Part shown: in pieces, positions 11,988 to 23,825 of the stretch | How positions within the stretch are numbered: the first letter of the stretch is position 1 | How the letters are laid out: the number at the start of each line of letters is the position of its first letter | Source of the DNA: an uncultured Acidobacteriota bacterium | GTDB lineage: Bacteria > Acidobacteriota > Vicinamibacteria > Fen-336 | Direction: 5' to 3' | Length of the DNA stretch: 64,000 nucleotides | Assembly: GCA_963720545.1 (NCBI GenBank) | Contig: OY970399.1 | Location: forward strand, 3,936,001 to 4,000,000 | The notes under the pieces: generated by a model | The model's database searches: none | What the model saw: only the letters and a program-made list of their open reading frames with translations | Told to the model about the DNA's origin: nothing | Position numbers and translations under genes: made by a program

Positions 11988-13454
11988 TTAGCCGACGGCG
12001 GGCACGTCGAGTGGGGCGTCGAGCGGAGTCGGGCCGGGCGTCGCCGCCGCGGCCGGCAGCACGTCCTTGTCCTTCGGCCGCCGGTCGCCGCGGTAGAGGA
12101 TGCGCAGCAGCAGGCTCTGGAAGGTCGGCTCGTTGTAGAAACCGTGATGGTCGCTGGCGCCGAAGAAGGCGTGCTCCATTTCGGGAATGCCGCTCTCTTC
12201 CAGGCCGCGCGCCCGGGTGGCGAGGTGCGCCGCCAGCGTGCTGGCGCGCGTCACGCGTCCGTCGCCCGCCTCGAACATCAGCCGCGATTCGATGCGGGTG
12301 CGCGGGGCGAACAGGGGTGACGCGCCGCGGCGGTCGGGCACCACCACCCGGCCGAGTGTCGGCAGGCAGTCGCCGGCGAGCGAATAGACGTGAGCCGGGC
12401 AGTCTTCCTCCGGATCGCGCGCGAGGCCGCGGTGGAACTGTGCGGCGCGTTCCAGCGCAGCATTCAGGAACGCCTCGCGCAACTCACGCTGGGCATCGAC
12501 GTGGCGCAGCGCCAGGCCGTCGGGCCGCGGGTTGAACGGCCCCCAGCCGAAGCGCTTCCAGGTGCCGATGTCCATGAGGTCGGCATCGAGCGGCTCGCCG
12601 CGATGGTCGATGAGCGCGCTGACACCGTGCGGCGGCAACAGCATGTAGGTGGCCGGGCAGCCGGCGACGACGTGCGCCGCCATGGTCGCCGAGGACAGGC
12701 CGATGCGGCTGCCGTTGAGGATGGCGTCGAGCGACGGGATGCTGCCGCCGTTGGGCGTGCCGACGAGCAGCAGGCTCGAGATGCGCCGCGCGCCCGCCCA
12801 GGTGACCGGCGGGTTGCTTGCCGGATCCACACTGCCGTAGCGCAGGTAATAGCGCGCGACCAGGCCGCCCATGCTCTGGCCAATGACGTTGAAGCGCGCC
12901 GCCGCATCGCCGCGCTTGTCGGCCAGCTCGTCGAGCCGCGCTTCGAGCTGCACCACCGCCTCGTGCAGGTCGCGCCGCCAGTCGTAGGTGAAGACGTGGT
13001 ACGACGGCCCGTGGTCGCCGCGCACCGGGTCGCGCACGAAGCCGGCGCGGTCGAGCAGCTCGAGCAGGTCGGAGTATTCGTTGAAGCCGAAAAGCCGCGG
13101 CAGCAGGGTGTCTACGCCCAGCAGGCCGCCCGGACGCAGCTCGTCGCGGCTGTCGCCAAGCGGCAGGCGCAGCGGCAGGCTCAGGTCGTGGGAGCCGAAG
13201 GCCGAACCCATGTTGAGCCAGGCGATGGTGCCATCGGGCCGCACCAGCTCGCTGCCGCAGACGCCCGGCACCACCACCACCGGCGGCAGGTCCTTTTCCT
13301 GGGGCCGGCGAGCGATCAGGAACGGGTCGACGCCCTCCGGGGCATCGTGGATGGCGCGGAAGATGACGGTCGCGACCGCACCGAGCGCGGCACCCAGCAA
13401 AAGCGGGCCCATCACGGGCCGCTTCGCCGGCGTTTGCGGGTCGCTTGCTGCCAT
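11988..13454 (-). CDS. Alpha/beta hydrolase, lipase / LCAT-like acyltransferase with N-terminal membrane anchor
   Basis: [23 protein letters not shown] nucleophile elbow, GTPNGGS, GDGRV. Confidence 0.8.
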   Translation of the reverse strand: MAASDPQTPAKRPVMGPLLLGAALGAVATVIFRAIHDAPEGVDPFLIARRPQEKDLPPVVVVPGVCGSELVRPDGTIAWLNMGSAFGSHDLSLPLRLPLGDSRDELRPGGLLGVDTLLPRLFGFNEYSDLLELLDRAGFVRDPVRGDHGPSYHVFTYDWRRDLHEAVVQLEARLDELADKRGDAAARFNVIGQSMGGLVARYYLRYGSVDPASNPPVTWAGARRISSLLLVGTPNGGSIPSLDAILNGSRIGLSSATMAAHVVAGCPATYMLLPPHGVSALIDHRGEPLDADLMDIGTWKRFGWGPFNPRPDGLALRHVDAQRELREAFLNAALERAAQFHRGLARDPEEDCPAHVYSLAGDCLPTLGRVVVPDRRGASPLFAPRTRIESRLMFEAGDGRVTRASTLAAHLATRARGLEESGIPEMEHAFFGASDHHGFYNEPTFQSLLLRILYRGDRRPKDKDVLPAAAATPGPTPLDAPLDVPAVG

Positions 13455-13485
13455 ATTGCATGCTAACCCGCGCCTGGCGTTCGCG

Positions 13486-13514
13486 TTGACTCGCGCCGGA
13501 GCGGCTTCTATCAT
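13486..13514 (+). promoter_or_regulatory. Sigma70-type promoter for the FKBP-sucCD-ndk-dcd run
   Basis: TTGACT(13486-13491)-N17-TATCAT(13509-13514); RBS AAGGAG before 13564. Confidence 0.7.
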
Positions 13515-13563
13515 CACTGTTTCCAATCGAAGCCGAATTCGTCCAATCACTTAAGGAGTCCTG

Positions 13564-14280
13564 ATGCTGAGTACGAAGAACGTCCTTGCCTGCGCCGCGG
13601 TGGCCCTTTTCACCGTGTCGTGCGCCGACAAGGGCAAGCCGGCCGCCACGGCCTCGCCGGCGGGAGCCCAGGGAGCTGGAATGAGCGAAGAGCAGAAGAC
13701 CCTCTATGCCCTCGGCGTCATCGTGGGGCGCAACGTCGCGCCGTTCCACCTCACGCCGGAGGAAGTCAACGCAGTCGAGCGGGGCATGAAGGACGCGATC
13801 GCCGGCAAGACTCCGGAAGTCGACATGGAAAGCTTCGGCCCGAAGGTGCAGGAGTTCGCGCGCTCGCGCCAGATGGCGTCGGTGCAGGTCGAGAAGGACA
13901 AGGGCAAGTCGTACGCCGAGACCGCGAGCAAGGAAGCCGGTGCGCAGGTGCTGCCGTCGGGCGTCGTCTACAAGACGATGACCCCGGGCAGCGGTGATCA
14001 CCCGGGGGCCACGTCCACGGTGCGCGTGCACTACACGGGCAAGTTGATCGACGGCAAGGTCTTCGACAGCTCCGTGCAACGCGGCCAGCCCGCCGAGTTC
14101 GCACTGAACGCCGTGGTGAAGTGCTGGGGCGAGGGCGTGCAGAAGATGCAGGTTGGCGAGAAGGCGCAGCTCGTCTGCCCGTCTGACACTGCGTACGGCG
14201 ACAGCGGTCCGGGTCCGCAGATCCCCGGCGGCGCCACGCTCGTGTTCGATGTGGAACTGCTCGCCATCGTCAAGAAGTAG
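13564..14280 (+). CDS. FKBP-type peptidyl-prolyl isomerase (FkpA/Mip-like), probable lipoprotein
   Basis: Lipobox-like FTVSC; VHYTGKLIDGKVFDSS, AYG..G..IPGGATLVFDVELL. Confidence 0.93.
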   Translation: MLSTKNVLACAAVALFTVSCADKGKPAATASPAGAQGAGMSEEQKTLYALGVIVGRNVAPFHLTPEEVNAVERGMKDAIAGKTPEVDMESFGPKVQEFARSRQMASVQVEKDKGKSYAETASKEAGAQVLPSGVVYKTMTPGSGDHPGATSTVRVHYTGKLIDGKVFDSSVQRGQPAEFALNAVVKCWGEGVQKMQVGEKAQLVCPSDTAYGDSGPGPQIPGGATLVFDVELLAIVKK

Positions 14281-14292
14281 CCACAGCACCCC

Positions 14293-15468
14293 GTGAACAT
14301 CCACGAATACCAGGCGAAGCAGGTCCTGGCGTCTTTCGGCGTGCCCACACCCAAGGGCACGCCGGTGCGCACCCCCGAGGAAGCGGCGCAGGCGGCGCAG
14401 GGCCTGGGGCTGCCGGTGGTGGTGAAGGCGCAGATCCACGCGGGCGGCCGCGGCAAGGCCGGCGGCGTCAAGCTCGCGAAGACCGGCGCCGAAGTGTTCG
14501 AGATCGCGAAAGGCATGCTGGGGACAACCCTGCGCACGCACCAGACCGGTCCCGACGGCCGCCTGGTGCGCTGCCTGCTGATCGAACAGGGCATGAACCT
14601 GAGCGGCGCGAAACAGATGTATTTCGCCGTGGTCGTCGACCGCGCTTCCGGCAGCCCGGTGGTGATGGCTTCGGCGGAGGGCGGCGTCGACATCGAGGAA
14701 GTCGCGGCCAGCAACCCGAAGGCGATCCTGCGCGAGGTGGTGCACCCGGCTGCCGGATTCCGTCCCTACCAGGCGCGCCGGCTCGCCATGGGCATCGGCA
14801 TCCCCGCGGCGTCGATAGCGAAGGTGGTCGCCTTCATGCAGTCGATCTACCGCGCGTTCGAGGGCACCGACGCTTCGCTGCTCGAGATCAACCCGATGCT
14901 GATCACGGCGGGCGGCGACCCGATCGCCCTCGACGCCAAGATCAACTTCGACGACAACGCGCTCTTCCGCCATCCCGAGATCGCCGCCATGCGCGACCTC
15001 GACGAAGAGATCGCCGCTCGAGGTGGAGGCGTCGAAGTACAGCCTCAACTACATCAAGCTCGACGGCGGCAACGTCGGCTGCATGGTGAACGGCGCCGGC
15101 CTGGCGATGGCGACCATGGACATCATCAAGCTGGCCGGCGGCGCGCCGGCCAACTTCCTCGACGTCGGCGGCGGCGCCAACGCCGAGCAGATCCGCAGCG
15201 CCTTCCGCATCCTGATGGCCGACGGCGACGTCAAGGCGGTGCTCATCAACATCTTCGGCGGCATCCTGCGCTGCGACGTGCTCGCCGAAGGCGTGATCGC
15301 CGCGGTGCGCGACCTCAACGTGAAGATGCCGGTGGTGGTGCGCATGAAGGGCAACAACGAGGAGAAGGGCAAGCAGATGCTGCGCTCGTCGGGGCTCAAC
15401 TTCACGCCGGCGGACGACATGAAGGAAGCGGCGAAGCGCGTGGTGACGCTGGCCGCGGCGGCGGCGAA

Positions 15469-15472
<4 letters not shown>
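14293..15472 (+). CDS. sucC: Succinyl-CoA ligase beta subunit (one frameshift near 15010, probably sequence error)
   Basis: [22 protein letters not shown]; continues in the next frame with [25 protein letters not shown]. Confidence 0.93.
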
Positions 15473-16350
<878 letters not shown>

Positions 16351-16359
16351 GACGAGAAC

Positions 16360-16776
16360 TTGAGCGAGAGAACGTTTTCCATCATCAAGCCGGACGCGGT
16401 CAAGGCCGGCAACGCCGGCAACATCCTGGCGCGCCTCGAGAAGTCCGGCTTCCGCGTCGTCGGCCTGCGGCTGCGGCACCTGACGCTGCGCGAGGCCGAG
16501 GGCTTCTACCACGTCCACAAGGCGCGACCGTTCTTCGCCAGCCTGTGCTCGTTCATGTCGTCGGGACCGTGCATCACGATGGTGCTCGAGGGCGACGGCG
16601 CGATCGCGAAGCTGCGCGAGCTGATGGGCGCGACCGACCCGGCCAAGGCGGCCGCCGGCACCATTCGCAAGGATTTCGCCGGGTCGATCGAGGCCAACGC
16701 CATCCACGGCTCGGACGCGCCGGAGACCGCCAGCTTCGAGATCGGCTACTTCTTTGCGGGCATCGAATTCTCGTAG
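16360..16776 (+). CDS. ndk: Nucleoside diphosphate kinase
   Basis: [26 protein letters not shown]. Confidence 0.97.
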   Translation: MSERTFSIIKPDAVKAGNAGNILARLEKSGFRVVGLRLRHLTLREAEGFYHVHKARPFFASLCSFMSSGPCITMVLEGDGAIAKLRELMGATDPAKAAAGTIRKDFAGSIEANAIHGSDAPETASFEIGYFFAGIEFS

Positions 16777-16815
16777 AGACCCTTCAGTAACGGCTGCCCT
16801 TCAATCGGGGAAACC

Positions 16816-17370
16816 ATGAGCGTCAAGTCCGACCGCTGGATCCGCAGGATGTCCCTCGAGCACCGGATGATCGAGCCGTTCACCGAGAAGCAGATGCGCG
16901 AAGGCGTGATCTCGTACGGCCTGTCGTCCTACGGTTACGACATCCGCATCGCCGACGAGTTCAAGATCTTCACCAACATCAACTCGTCGGTGGTCGACCC
17001 CAAGAACTTCGACCCGAACGCGTTCGTCGACTTCAAGGGCCCGACCTGCACCATTCCGCCCAACTCGTTCGCGCTCGCGAAGACGGTGGAGTACTTCCGC
17101 ATCCCGCGCAGCGTCATCACCGTTTGTGTGGGCAAATCCACGTATGCGCGCTGCGGGATCATCGTCAACGTCACGCCGTTCGAGCCCGAGTGGGAAGGCA
17201 TCGTCACCCTCGAGGTGTCGAACACGACGCCGCTGCCGGCGAAGATCTACGCCGGCGAAGGCATTGCACAGGTGCTGTTCTTCGAGAGCGACGAGGTCTG
17301 CGAGACGTCTTACGCCGACAAGAAGGGCAAGTACCAGGCGCAGACCGACCTGACGCTGCCGCGCCTCTAG
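16816..17370 (+). CDS. dcd: dCTP deaminase
   Basis: [38 protein letters not shown]. Confidence 0.96.
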   Translation: MSVKSDRWIRRMSLEHRMIEPFTEKQMREGVISYGLSSYGYDIRIADEFKIFTNINSSVVDPKNFDPNAFVDFKGPTCTIPPNSFALAKTVEYFRIPRSVITVCVGKSTYARCGIIVNVTPFEPEWEGIVTLEVSNTTPLPAKIYAGEGIAQVLFFESDEVCETSYADKKGKYQAQTDLTLPRL

Positions 17371-17879
17371 CCGATCGACGCTGCCTTGCCGGCCAGCCAC
17401 TGGATGCCGGCGAGGTGCTGCTGGTCGTGGCTGCGCAGGTAGTGAACGAGCCCGCGCAGGCTGAGGCGCCCGTACTCGGCGAACACGCCGGTGCGCGCGA
17501 GCTGTTCCGTCGTCACCGCGCGCAACCGCGCCACGGTCTGGGCGCGCACCGCGCCGAACGCCGCGAGTGCCTCGTTGAGATCGGCGTCGGCATAGCCGCG
17601 CTCGCGCGCCATCTCGTCGCCGTTCAGCGACTCGAGAGAGGGTTCGGTCTCTTCCAGCATCCGCCGGATGCGCACGTGGTAACCATCGCTTTCGATGTCG
17701 CGCAGGTGGCAGACGTGTTCGATCGCGCTGAACGTCTCACCGGGTGAACCGCCGCGCGTTTCCGGCAGCCAGCGCAGCTGCGCCTCCGGCACGGCGCGCA
17801 CCGCTCGCACCAGCTCCTCGGGCATCTGCTCCAGTTCCGCGAGCAGTTGCGTCCAGCGTCCATAAGCCGATGGTTTCAT
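17367..17879 (-). CDS. DinB/YfiT-like protein
   Basis: [14 protein letters not shown] and HDQQHL metal-binding His pattern. Confidence 0.85.
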   Translation of the reverse strand: MKPSAYGRWTQLLAELEQMPEELVRAVRAVPEAQLRWLPETRGGSPGETFSAIEHVCHLRDIESDGYHVRIRRMLEETEPSLESLNGDEMARERGYADADLNEALAAFGAVRAQTVARLRAVTTEQLARTGVFAEYGRLSLRGLVHYLRSHDQQHLAGIQWLAGKAASIG

Positions 17880-17915
17880 GTCAAGGCCTTCCCGGCGACG
17901 ATTCTAGGCTCGAGC

Positions 17916-19187
17916 TCACGCGCGCGCGGCATCGAGCGCCAGCTTGCGCGCGAGGCCTTCGCGGCCGTCGTAGCGGAAGAAGCGCGGCAGCAGCGCGGTG
18001 AGGATCACCGAGCCCGCGATGCACATGATGCCGCCGGAAACCACCGAGGTTCGCAGGCCGTAGAGGCTTGCGACCAACCCGGCTTCGGCATTGCCCAGGT
18101 ACGGGCCGGTGAGGTAGCTGATCATCTCGATGCCGGCGAGGCGGCCGCGCAGGTGATCGGGAATCGTCTGGTTCCAGATGGTCAGGCGAAACAGGCCGCT
18201 GACATTGTCGGCGGCGCCGGCAAACGCGAGACACCCGAGCGCCAGCCACAGGTTGGTCGCCAGCCCGAAGCCGACGATGCCGAGGCCCCAGACGGCGGCG
18301 GCGATCGACACCGCCAGGCCATGCCGGTGCACACGGGTCACCCAGCCCGAGGTGAGGCTGACGACGAGCGTGCCCAGGGCGGGCATCGAGTAGAAGAGGC
18401 CCACCGAAGCATTGCCGAAGCTCGCGGCGATGGCGGGGAAGAGCGCCATCGGCATGCCGAAGAACATCGCGTTCAGGTCGATGAGGTAGGTGCCGAGCAG
18501 TTCCTGGCGGCTGCGCGCATAGCGCCAGCCTTCGAGCACCGACCGCAGGTCGGGCCGCTCGCCTTCCGCCTGCTTTGGGTTCGGCACAGGCCGCAGCGCG
18601 AGCAGTGCCACGATCGAGACGACGAACGTGGCACCGTCGATCGCGAAGGCGACCGCCGTGCCGAAGGCGGCGGCAATGATGCCGGCGAGAGCCGGCCCGA
18701 CAATGAAGTTGAAGCTGTAGCGAAAGCTCTGCAGTGCCGCGACCGACGGGATCAGTTCCGGCGCCACGAGCCGCGGCGTCAGCGCCTCGATCGCGGGCCG
18801 GTGCAGCCCATTCAGCAGCGCAAAGGCCGCGGCCACGGCGAACAGCACCCAGACGCGCGGCGCGCCGAGCATCGCATTCGCGGCCAGCACCGCGCAGCAC
18901 AGCGCGAGCGCCGTTTCAGACCCCACGATCATACGCCGCCGGTCCACGTGGTCGGCGAGCGCACCGCCGACGATCGCGCCGATGAACATCGGCACGAACT
19001 CGGCGAGCCCGAGCAGGCCGACGGCGAGCGACGACTTCGTCAGCTGGTACATCTGCAACGGCAGTACCACGTAGCTGATGGCGGTGCCGAACATCGAGAC
19101 GAACTGTCCCGTGTACAGCAGGCGATAGTCGCGCGACGCGCGCAGCGGCGTAATGTCCACGGCGAGCGCGCTCCAGAAGGGTTTCAT
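17916..19187 (-). CDS. MFS transporter (EntS-like)
   Basis: DITPLR..RDYRLLY.GQ, GALADHVDRRR, IPDHLRGR; about 12 hydrophobic segments; ATG 19187. Confidence 0.88.
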   Translation of the reverse strand: MKPFWSALAVDITPLRASRDYRLLYTGQFVSMFGTAISYVVLPLQMYQLTKSSLAVGLLGLAEFVPMFIGAIVGGALADHVDRRRMIVGSETALALCCAVLAANAMLGAPRVWVLFAVAAAFALLNGLHRPAIEALTPRLVAPELIPSVAALQSFRYSFNFIVGPALAGIIAAAFGTAVAFAIDGATFVVSIVALLALRPVPNPKQAEGERPDLRSVLEGWRYARSRQELLGTYLIDLNAMFFGMPMALFPAIAASFGNASVGLFYSMPALGTLVVSLTSGWVTRVHRHGLAVSIAAAVWGLGIVGFGLATNLWLALGCLAFAGAADNVSGLFRLTIWNQTIPDHLRGRLAGIEMISYLTGPYLGNAEAGLVASLYGLRTSVVSGGIMCIAGSVILTALLPRFFRYDGREGLARKLALDAARA

Positions 19188-19296
19188 GGCAGCGCGGGAT
19201 TCTTGCAGGAATCCGGGGAGATTCAATGCGTTGTTCAACACATGTTGCAAGGCGGTGCGCGTTGGCTAAGCTGCATGGAATCCGCGCGGAGGCGTC

Positions 19297-19599
19297 ATGC
19301 ATCGATCGATTGGTTTCGTCCTGCTGGTAGCGCTCAACGTCACCTCGGGCGCTGTGTCGGCACACTCCGCGGAGCCGCCGCCCCCCGCGCCGCTGCGCGC
19401 CGCTGTCGCAGCGGCAGCGGTGCGCGCCGCGGCCGATCCTCGCGAACAGGAAGCCGCCGCCGCGCAACCGGCTACCGACAGCCGTCCGTTCTTCAAGACC
19501 GGCCGCGGCAAGGCAGTCATCGTCCTGATGGCTGCGATCACCGGTTACGCGGTCTATTCGCGCTACCACGACCGCATCAAGTCGCCGATCAACGAGTAG
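19297..19599 (+). CDS. Small hypothetical protein with signal peptide and C-terminal hydrophobic helix
   Basis: GGAGG RBS; hydrophobic N-terminus; GKAVIVLMAAITGYAVYS segment; 10 nt upstream of the TonB receptor. Confidence 0.7.
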   Translation: MHRSIGFVLLVALNVTSGAVSAHSAEPPPPAPLRAAVAAAAVRAAADPREQEAAAAQPATDSRPFFKTGRGKAVIVLMAAITGYAVYSRYHDRIKSPINE

Positions 19600-19609
19600 G
19601 CAAGGGATC

Positions 19610-22330
19610 ATGATGAAGCTCCTCGGTCGCATTGTGGTTATCGCCGCGGTGCTCGCGGCTATCGCGGTTCCGTCGTTTGCTCAAAGCCTCACCGGCGCGA
19701 TCGGCGGCAGGGTGGTGGACGAACAGGGCGGAGCGCTCCCCGGTGTTTTGCTGACGCTGATCGGCCCCACCGGCAGCACCACGGCGGTTTCGGACGCCAA
19801 AGGCTTTTACCGGTTCCCGGCCGTCGCTCCCGGCACCTACAGCCTCGAGGCGTCACTTGCCGGCTTCCAGTCGCGCCAGGAAACGAGCATCGGCATCTCG
19901 GTGGGCAAGCAGCTGACCTTCGACTTCCAGTTGAAGATCGCGGGCGTCGCCGAGTCGGTCGAAGTCGTGGACCGCGCGCCGGTGGTGGACGTCACCAGCA
20001 GCGCCACGCAGAACTCGGTGTCGCAGGACATCCTCTTCAACATCCCGCTGAGCCGCTTTTCCTACAACGTCCTCAACTACGCGCCCGGCGTCAACAACGA
20101 CTCGGGCTACGGCGGCGGCAATGACTCGGGCAACAGCCTGCTGCTTGACGGCGTCGACACGCGCAGCCCGTCGGGGGGCGGCTCGTTCGTCTACCAGAAC
20201 TACAACGTCATCGAGGAAGTGCAGGTCCAGGGCCTCGGCGCGCCGGCGGAGTATGGCCAGTTCACGGGCGCCATCGTCAACACCATCACCAAGTCGGGCA
20301 AGAACAAGTTCGAGAGCCTGTTCGACGTCCGCTACACGAGCGGCGGATTGTCGAGCAACAACGTGCCCGCATCCGCGGTGGCGCTCAACCCGACGCTCGA
20401 GGTGCCGCAACGCACCAACAAGGAATTCGACCTGACCGCGCAGTTCAGCGGGCCGATCGTCAAGGACAAGCTGTTCTTCTTCGCCGGCGTGCAGCGTTAC
20501 AAGCTCGACTACGAGCCGCCCGGCCCGCGCACCGCGGCCAACGAGGTGACGCCGCGCTTCAACGCCAAGATCAACTGGAACCTCGGTTCGAATGACTCGA
20601 TCATCGGGCTGTTCCAGGCCGAGGACTACAACCGCGACAAGCGGCCCAACTCGCGCTTCGCCGGCAGCTTCTCGACCACCGACGAAACCTCGCGCCAGGA
20701 AGACTCTAAGGACCAGCTGTGGAGCCTGCAGTGGCGCCACATCTTCGGCGCCAACACGTTCAGCGAGATCAAGTACGTCGGCTGGAACGGCTACGACTAC
20801 CTCGACCCGACGATCAACGCGCCGACCCGATGCGACGAAACCGGCGCCTGCTACGGCGGCGGCGGCTACAGCACGTACTTCGACCGCAAGCGCCACCAGG
20901 TAAACGCCGCGGTCTCGCACTATGCCGAGGCCTTCGGCCGCCACGACCTGAAGTTCGGCGTCGAGATCGAACGCAGCCGCGTGCGCGACCGCTTGAGCTA
21001 CGTGAACGGGCTGTACTACTACGACTACTATGGCGCCCCGTACGTCGCTTATAGCTACAGTTACGACCAGCGCGCCGACAACCACCGCGAGTCGTTCTTC
21101 GTGCAGGATTCGTGGAAGCTCAATAGCCGGCTCACCATCAATCCAGGCGTGCGCTACGACCGCAACCGCGGCATCGCCGCCGAGACCGGGCAGAAGGTAT
21201 TCCAGACGAGCGGGCTCGCGCCGCGGCTCGGCTTCGCCCTCGACCTCACCGGCAATCGTTCGGCCGTGCTCAAGGGCTCCTATAGCCAGTACTACGAGGG
21301 ACTCTTCGAGACTTACTACTACCGCGTCGTGCCAGGATTCTCGGATACGATCGAGTACGACGTCACCGGCGACACGCCCGTCGAGATCGACCGGACCCCG
21401 GGCACGTCCGCGTACCGAGTCGACCCGAACCTCAAACATCCACGCGTGGACGAATGGGTTGTGGGCTTCGAGAAGGCGCTGGGCCGCGACGTGCGGCTTG
21501 CGATCACCGGCATCCACCGCAACAGCAAGAACTTCATCAGCTCGGTGCGTCCGTCCGCGCGCTGGGAGCCGGTGACGCTCGAGAACCCGCTCAACGGCCA
21601 GCCGCTCATCGCCTACAACTGGGTGAACGAGGACGAGTCGGAGAACGACCTGCTCATCACCAACCCGCAGGGATTCCAGTACAAGGACGCCGCCGGCAAC
21701 GTGCTCGGCACCGCCGACGCCAGCGCTCGTTACAAGGCGCTGATGTTCGTCCTGAACCGGCCGCAGAAAAACCGCTGGCAGGCGCAAATCTCCTACGTGC
21801 TCTCGAAGAACACCGGCACACTCGATCCCAATACCGTGGAAAACATCGGCTACGGCGGCACCTACGAGACGCCGACCCGGGCTCTCGTCAACTCGAAGGG
21901 CGAGTTCCAGACGAGCCGCCGCCACGAGATCAAGGTGTTCACGGCCTACGACGTGCCGAAGCTCGACTTCCAGCTGGGCGCCTACTACCGCTACATCAGC
22001 GGTACCACCTACACGCCTTACGCGCGCTTCAGCTCGTCCGAGATCAACTACACCGCGTCTGGCCGCGAGCCGTGGCTCGAGCCGCTCGGTTCGCGCCGCC
22101 TCGACGGCGAGTCGATCCTCGACCTGCGCGCCGAGAAGATCTTTCCGGTTGGCGACAACCGCGTCGCGATCTACGCCGACCTCATCAACCTGTTCAACGC
22201 CTCGACCGCCGACTCGGTACAGATCCGCTCACCCTCGATCGGCATTAACGGCAACGACGTCCCGTTCGGCGCCCCCGACTCGATCACGCCGCCGCGGCAG
22301 ATCACCTTCGGCGCACGCTGGAGCTTCTAG
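19610..22330 (+). CDS. TonB-dependent receptor (Oar-like, N-terminal carboxypeptidase-regulatory-like domain)
   Basis: Signal peptide, GRVVDEQGGALPGV, AEYG.FTGAIVN.ITKSG plug motif, FVQDSWK, C-terminal GARWSF. Confidence 0.92.
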   Translation: MMKLLGRIVVIAAVLAAIAVPSFAQSLTGAIGGRVVDEQGGALPGVLLTLIGPTGSTTAVSDAKGFYRFPAVAPGTYSLEASLAGFQSRQETSIGISVGKQLTFDFQLKIAGVAESVEVVDRAPVVDVTSSATQNSVSQDILFNIPLSRFSYNVLNYAPGVNNDSGYGGGNDSGNSLLLDGVDTRSPSGGGSFVYQNYNVIEEVQVQGLGAPAEYGQFTGAIVNTITKSGKNKFESLFDVRYTSGGLSSNNVPASAVALNPTLEVPQRTNKEFDLTAQFSGPIVKDKLFFFAGVQRYKLDYEPPGPRTAANEVTPRFNAKINWNLGSNDSIIGLFQAEDYNRDKRPNSRFAGSFSTTDETSRQEDSKDQLWSLQWRHIFGANTFSEIKYVGWNGYDYLDPTINAPTRCDETGACYGGGGYSTYFDRKRHQVNAAVSHYAEAFGRHDLKFGVEIERSRVRDRLSYVNGLYYYDYYGAPYVAYSYSYDQRADNHRESFFVQDSWKLNSRLTINPGVRYDRNRGIAAETGQKVFQTSGLAPRLGFALDLTGNRSAVLKGSYSQYYEGLFETYYYRVVPGFSDTIEYDVTGDTPVEIDRTPGTSAYRVDPNLKHPRVDEWVVGFEKALGRDVRLAITGIHRNSKNFISSVRPSARWEPVTLENPLNGQPLIAYNWVNEDESENDLLITNPQGFQYKDAAGNVLGTADASARYKALMFVLNRPQKNRWQAQISYVLSKNTGTLDPNTVENIGYGGTYETPTRALVNSKGEFQTSRRHEIKVFTAYDVPKLDFQLGAYYRYISGTTYTPYARFSSSEINYTASGREPWLEPLGSRRLDGESILDLRAEKIFPVGDNRVAIYADLINLFNASTADSVQIRSPSIGINGNDVPFGAPDSITPPRQITFGARWSF

Positions 22331-22382
22331 GGGGTCGCCGCACAAAGCCAGTGCGCGCGGTGCCTGCAGTAGCATCGCGAGC

Positions 22383-23825
22383 ATGCGACAACCGATAGCG
22401 CCGCTCGTTCTGGCCGCAGCCCTTGGCCTGGCCGTGGTGCCATGCCATGCGCAGGCGGATGATGCCGCCGTCTCCGGGATCGTCGGCGCGGCCATGACCG
22501 GCGGCGGGGCTTCACGGTTCCTGGCGGAGCTGACCGACACGGTGGGCGGGCGCGTCACGGGCAGCCCGGAATCGCGGGCCGCGTCCGAGCTGCTCCTGAA
22601 GACGCTGAAGAGCGCGGGCTACGACAACGCGCGCTTCGAGGAGTACCCGATCGCGAGCCGCTGGGCGCGGGGACAAGCGAAGGCGCGGGTTGCGAGCCCC
22701 ATCGACCGGCAGCTCGCGGTGCTCTCGTTCGCGTGGGTTCCGGGCACGCCGGGGGCGATCGAGGCGCCGCTCGTGGACCTCGGCAAGCCGGGCGCCAACG
22801 AACTCTCCGTACCGGCAGCGCAGCTGCGCGGCGCCGCGGTGCTGGTCGAGCCGCAGGCGATTGGCAGCGTGCCATCACAGGTGATGCGTTCGGCCCTCGT
22901 AGCAGAGCTGAGCCGCGCTGGCGCCGCTGCCATGCTGATCCCGTCCGACAAGCCCGACCGCATGCTGTTCACTTCGGCCTTCGGTTTGTATCCCGGCACG
23001 ACCCTGCCGGTGCTGTCGATCGCGAAGGAGGACACGCTGCTGCTGCGGCGCCTGCTCGCGAGGGGCGCGGTGCGTGTCGGCCTCGACGTCGCCAACACGC
23101 TCGACCGCAGTCCGGCCAAGGAGCGCAACGTCATCGCCGACTTGCCCGGTACGAACGCCGACGAGATCGTCCTTGTCGGCGCGCATCTCGATTCGTGGGA
23201 TCTCGCCGAGGGCGCTGACGACGATGGCTCGGGTGTCGCGGCGGTGCTCGAAGCGGCGCGGATCCTGAAGGCGTCCGGAGTGAAGCCGCGCCGCACGATC
23301 CGCTTTGCCTTCTTCACGGGCGAGGAGCAGGCGCTCCTCGGATCACGCGCCTACGTGGAAGCGCACCAGGCCGAGCTGAACAGCCACCGGGCCGTGGTCA
23401 TCATGGACTCCGGTGCCGGGGCGCCGCGCGGGCTGATGCTGCACGGCCGAACTGACCTCGCCGACTCGATGCGCAAGCTCATCACACCGCTCGCACCACT
23501 GGGTGCCGGCGGCGTTTCCGTGGAGGCGTCGTTCGACATGGACCACGCGCCATTCCTCGTGGCCGGTGTGCCAGCGTTCTCCCTGTGGGTGGATGACGGC
23601 GCCTACGACAACCACCACCACGCGGTCACCGACACCTTCGACAAGGTGCTTCCCCTGAACCTGAGCCTCGACACAGCGGCGCTGGCCGCGAGCGCCTTCC
23701 TGCTCGCGAACAGCGACCAGCCGGGGAAGCGCCTCAGCACGGCCGAAGCCGACGCGATCCTGGCACGCACCGGCCTGGAGCCGTTGCGGACCATCATCTA
23801 TCGAGGCGGCTCAGCGCGCGAGTGA
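22383..23825 (+). CDS. M28 family metallopeptidase (carboxypeptidase Q-like), secreted
   Basis: ATG 22383 with signal peptide; GAHLDSWD, GADDDGSG, GEEQ, DH, HH..D motifs. Confidence 0.9.
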   Translation: MRQPIAPLVLAAALGLAVVPCHAQADDAAVSGIVGAAMTGGGASRFLAELTDTVGGRVTGSPESRAASELLLKTLKSAGYDNARFEEYPIASRWARGQAKARVASPIDRQLAVLSFAWVPGTPGAIEAPLVDLGKPGANELSVPAAQLRGAAVLVEPQAIGSVPSQVMRSALVAELSRAGAAAMLIPSDKPDRMLFTSAFGLYPGTTLPVLSIAKEDTLLLRRLLARGAVRVGLDVANTLDRSPAKERNVIADLPGTNADEIVLVGAHLDSWDLAEGADDDGSGVAAVLEAARILKASGVKPRRTIRFAFFTGEEQALLGSRAYVEAHQAELNSHRAVVIMDSGAGAPRGLMLHGRTDLADSMRKLITPLAPLGAGGVSVEASFDMDHAPFLVAGVPAFSLWVDDGAYDNHHHAVTDTFDKVLPLNLSLDTAALAASAFLLANSDQPGKRLSTAEADAILARTGLEPLRTIIYRGGSARE

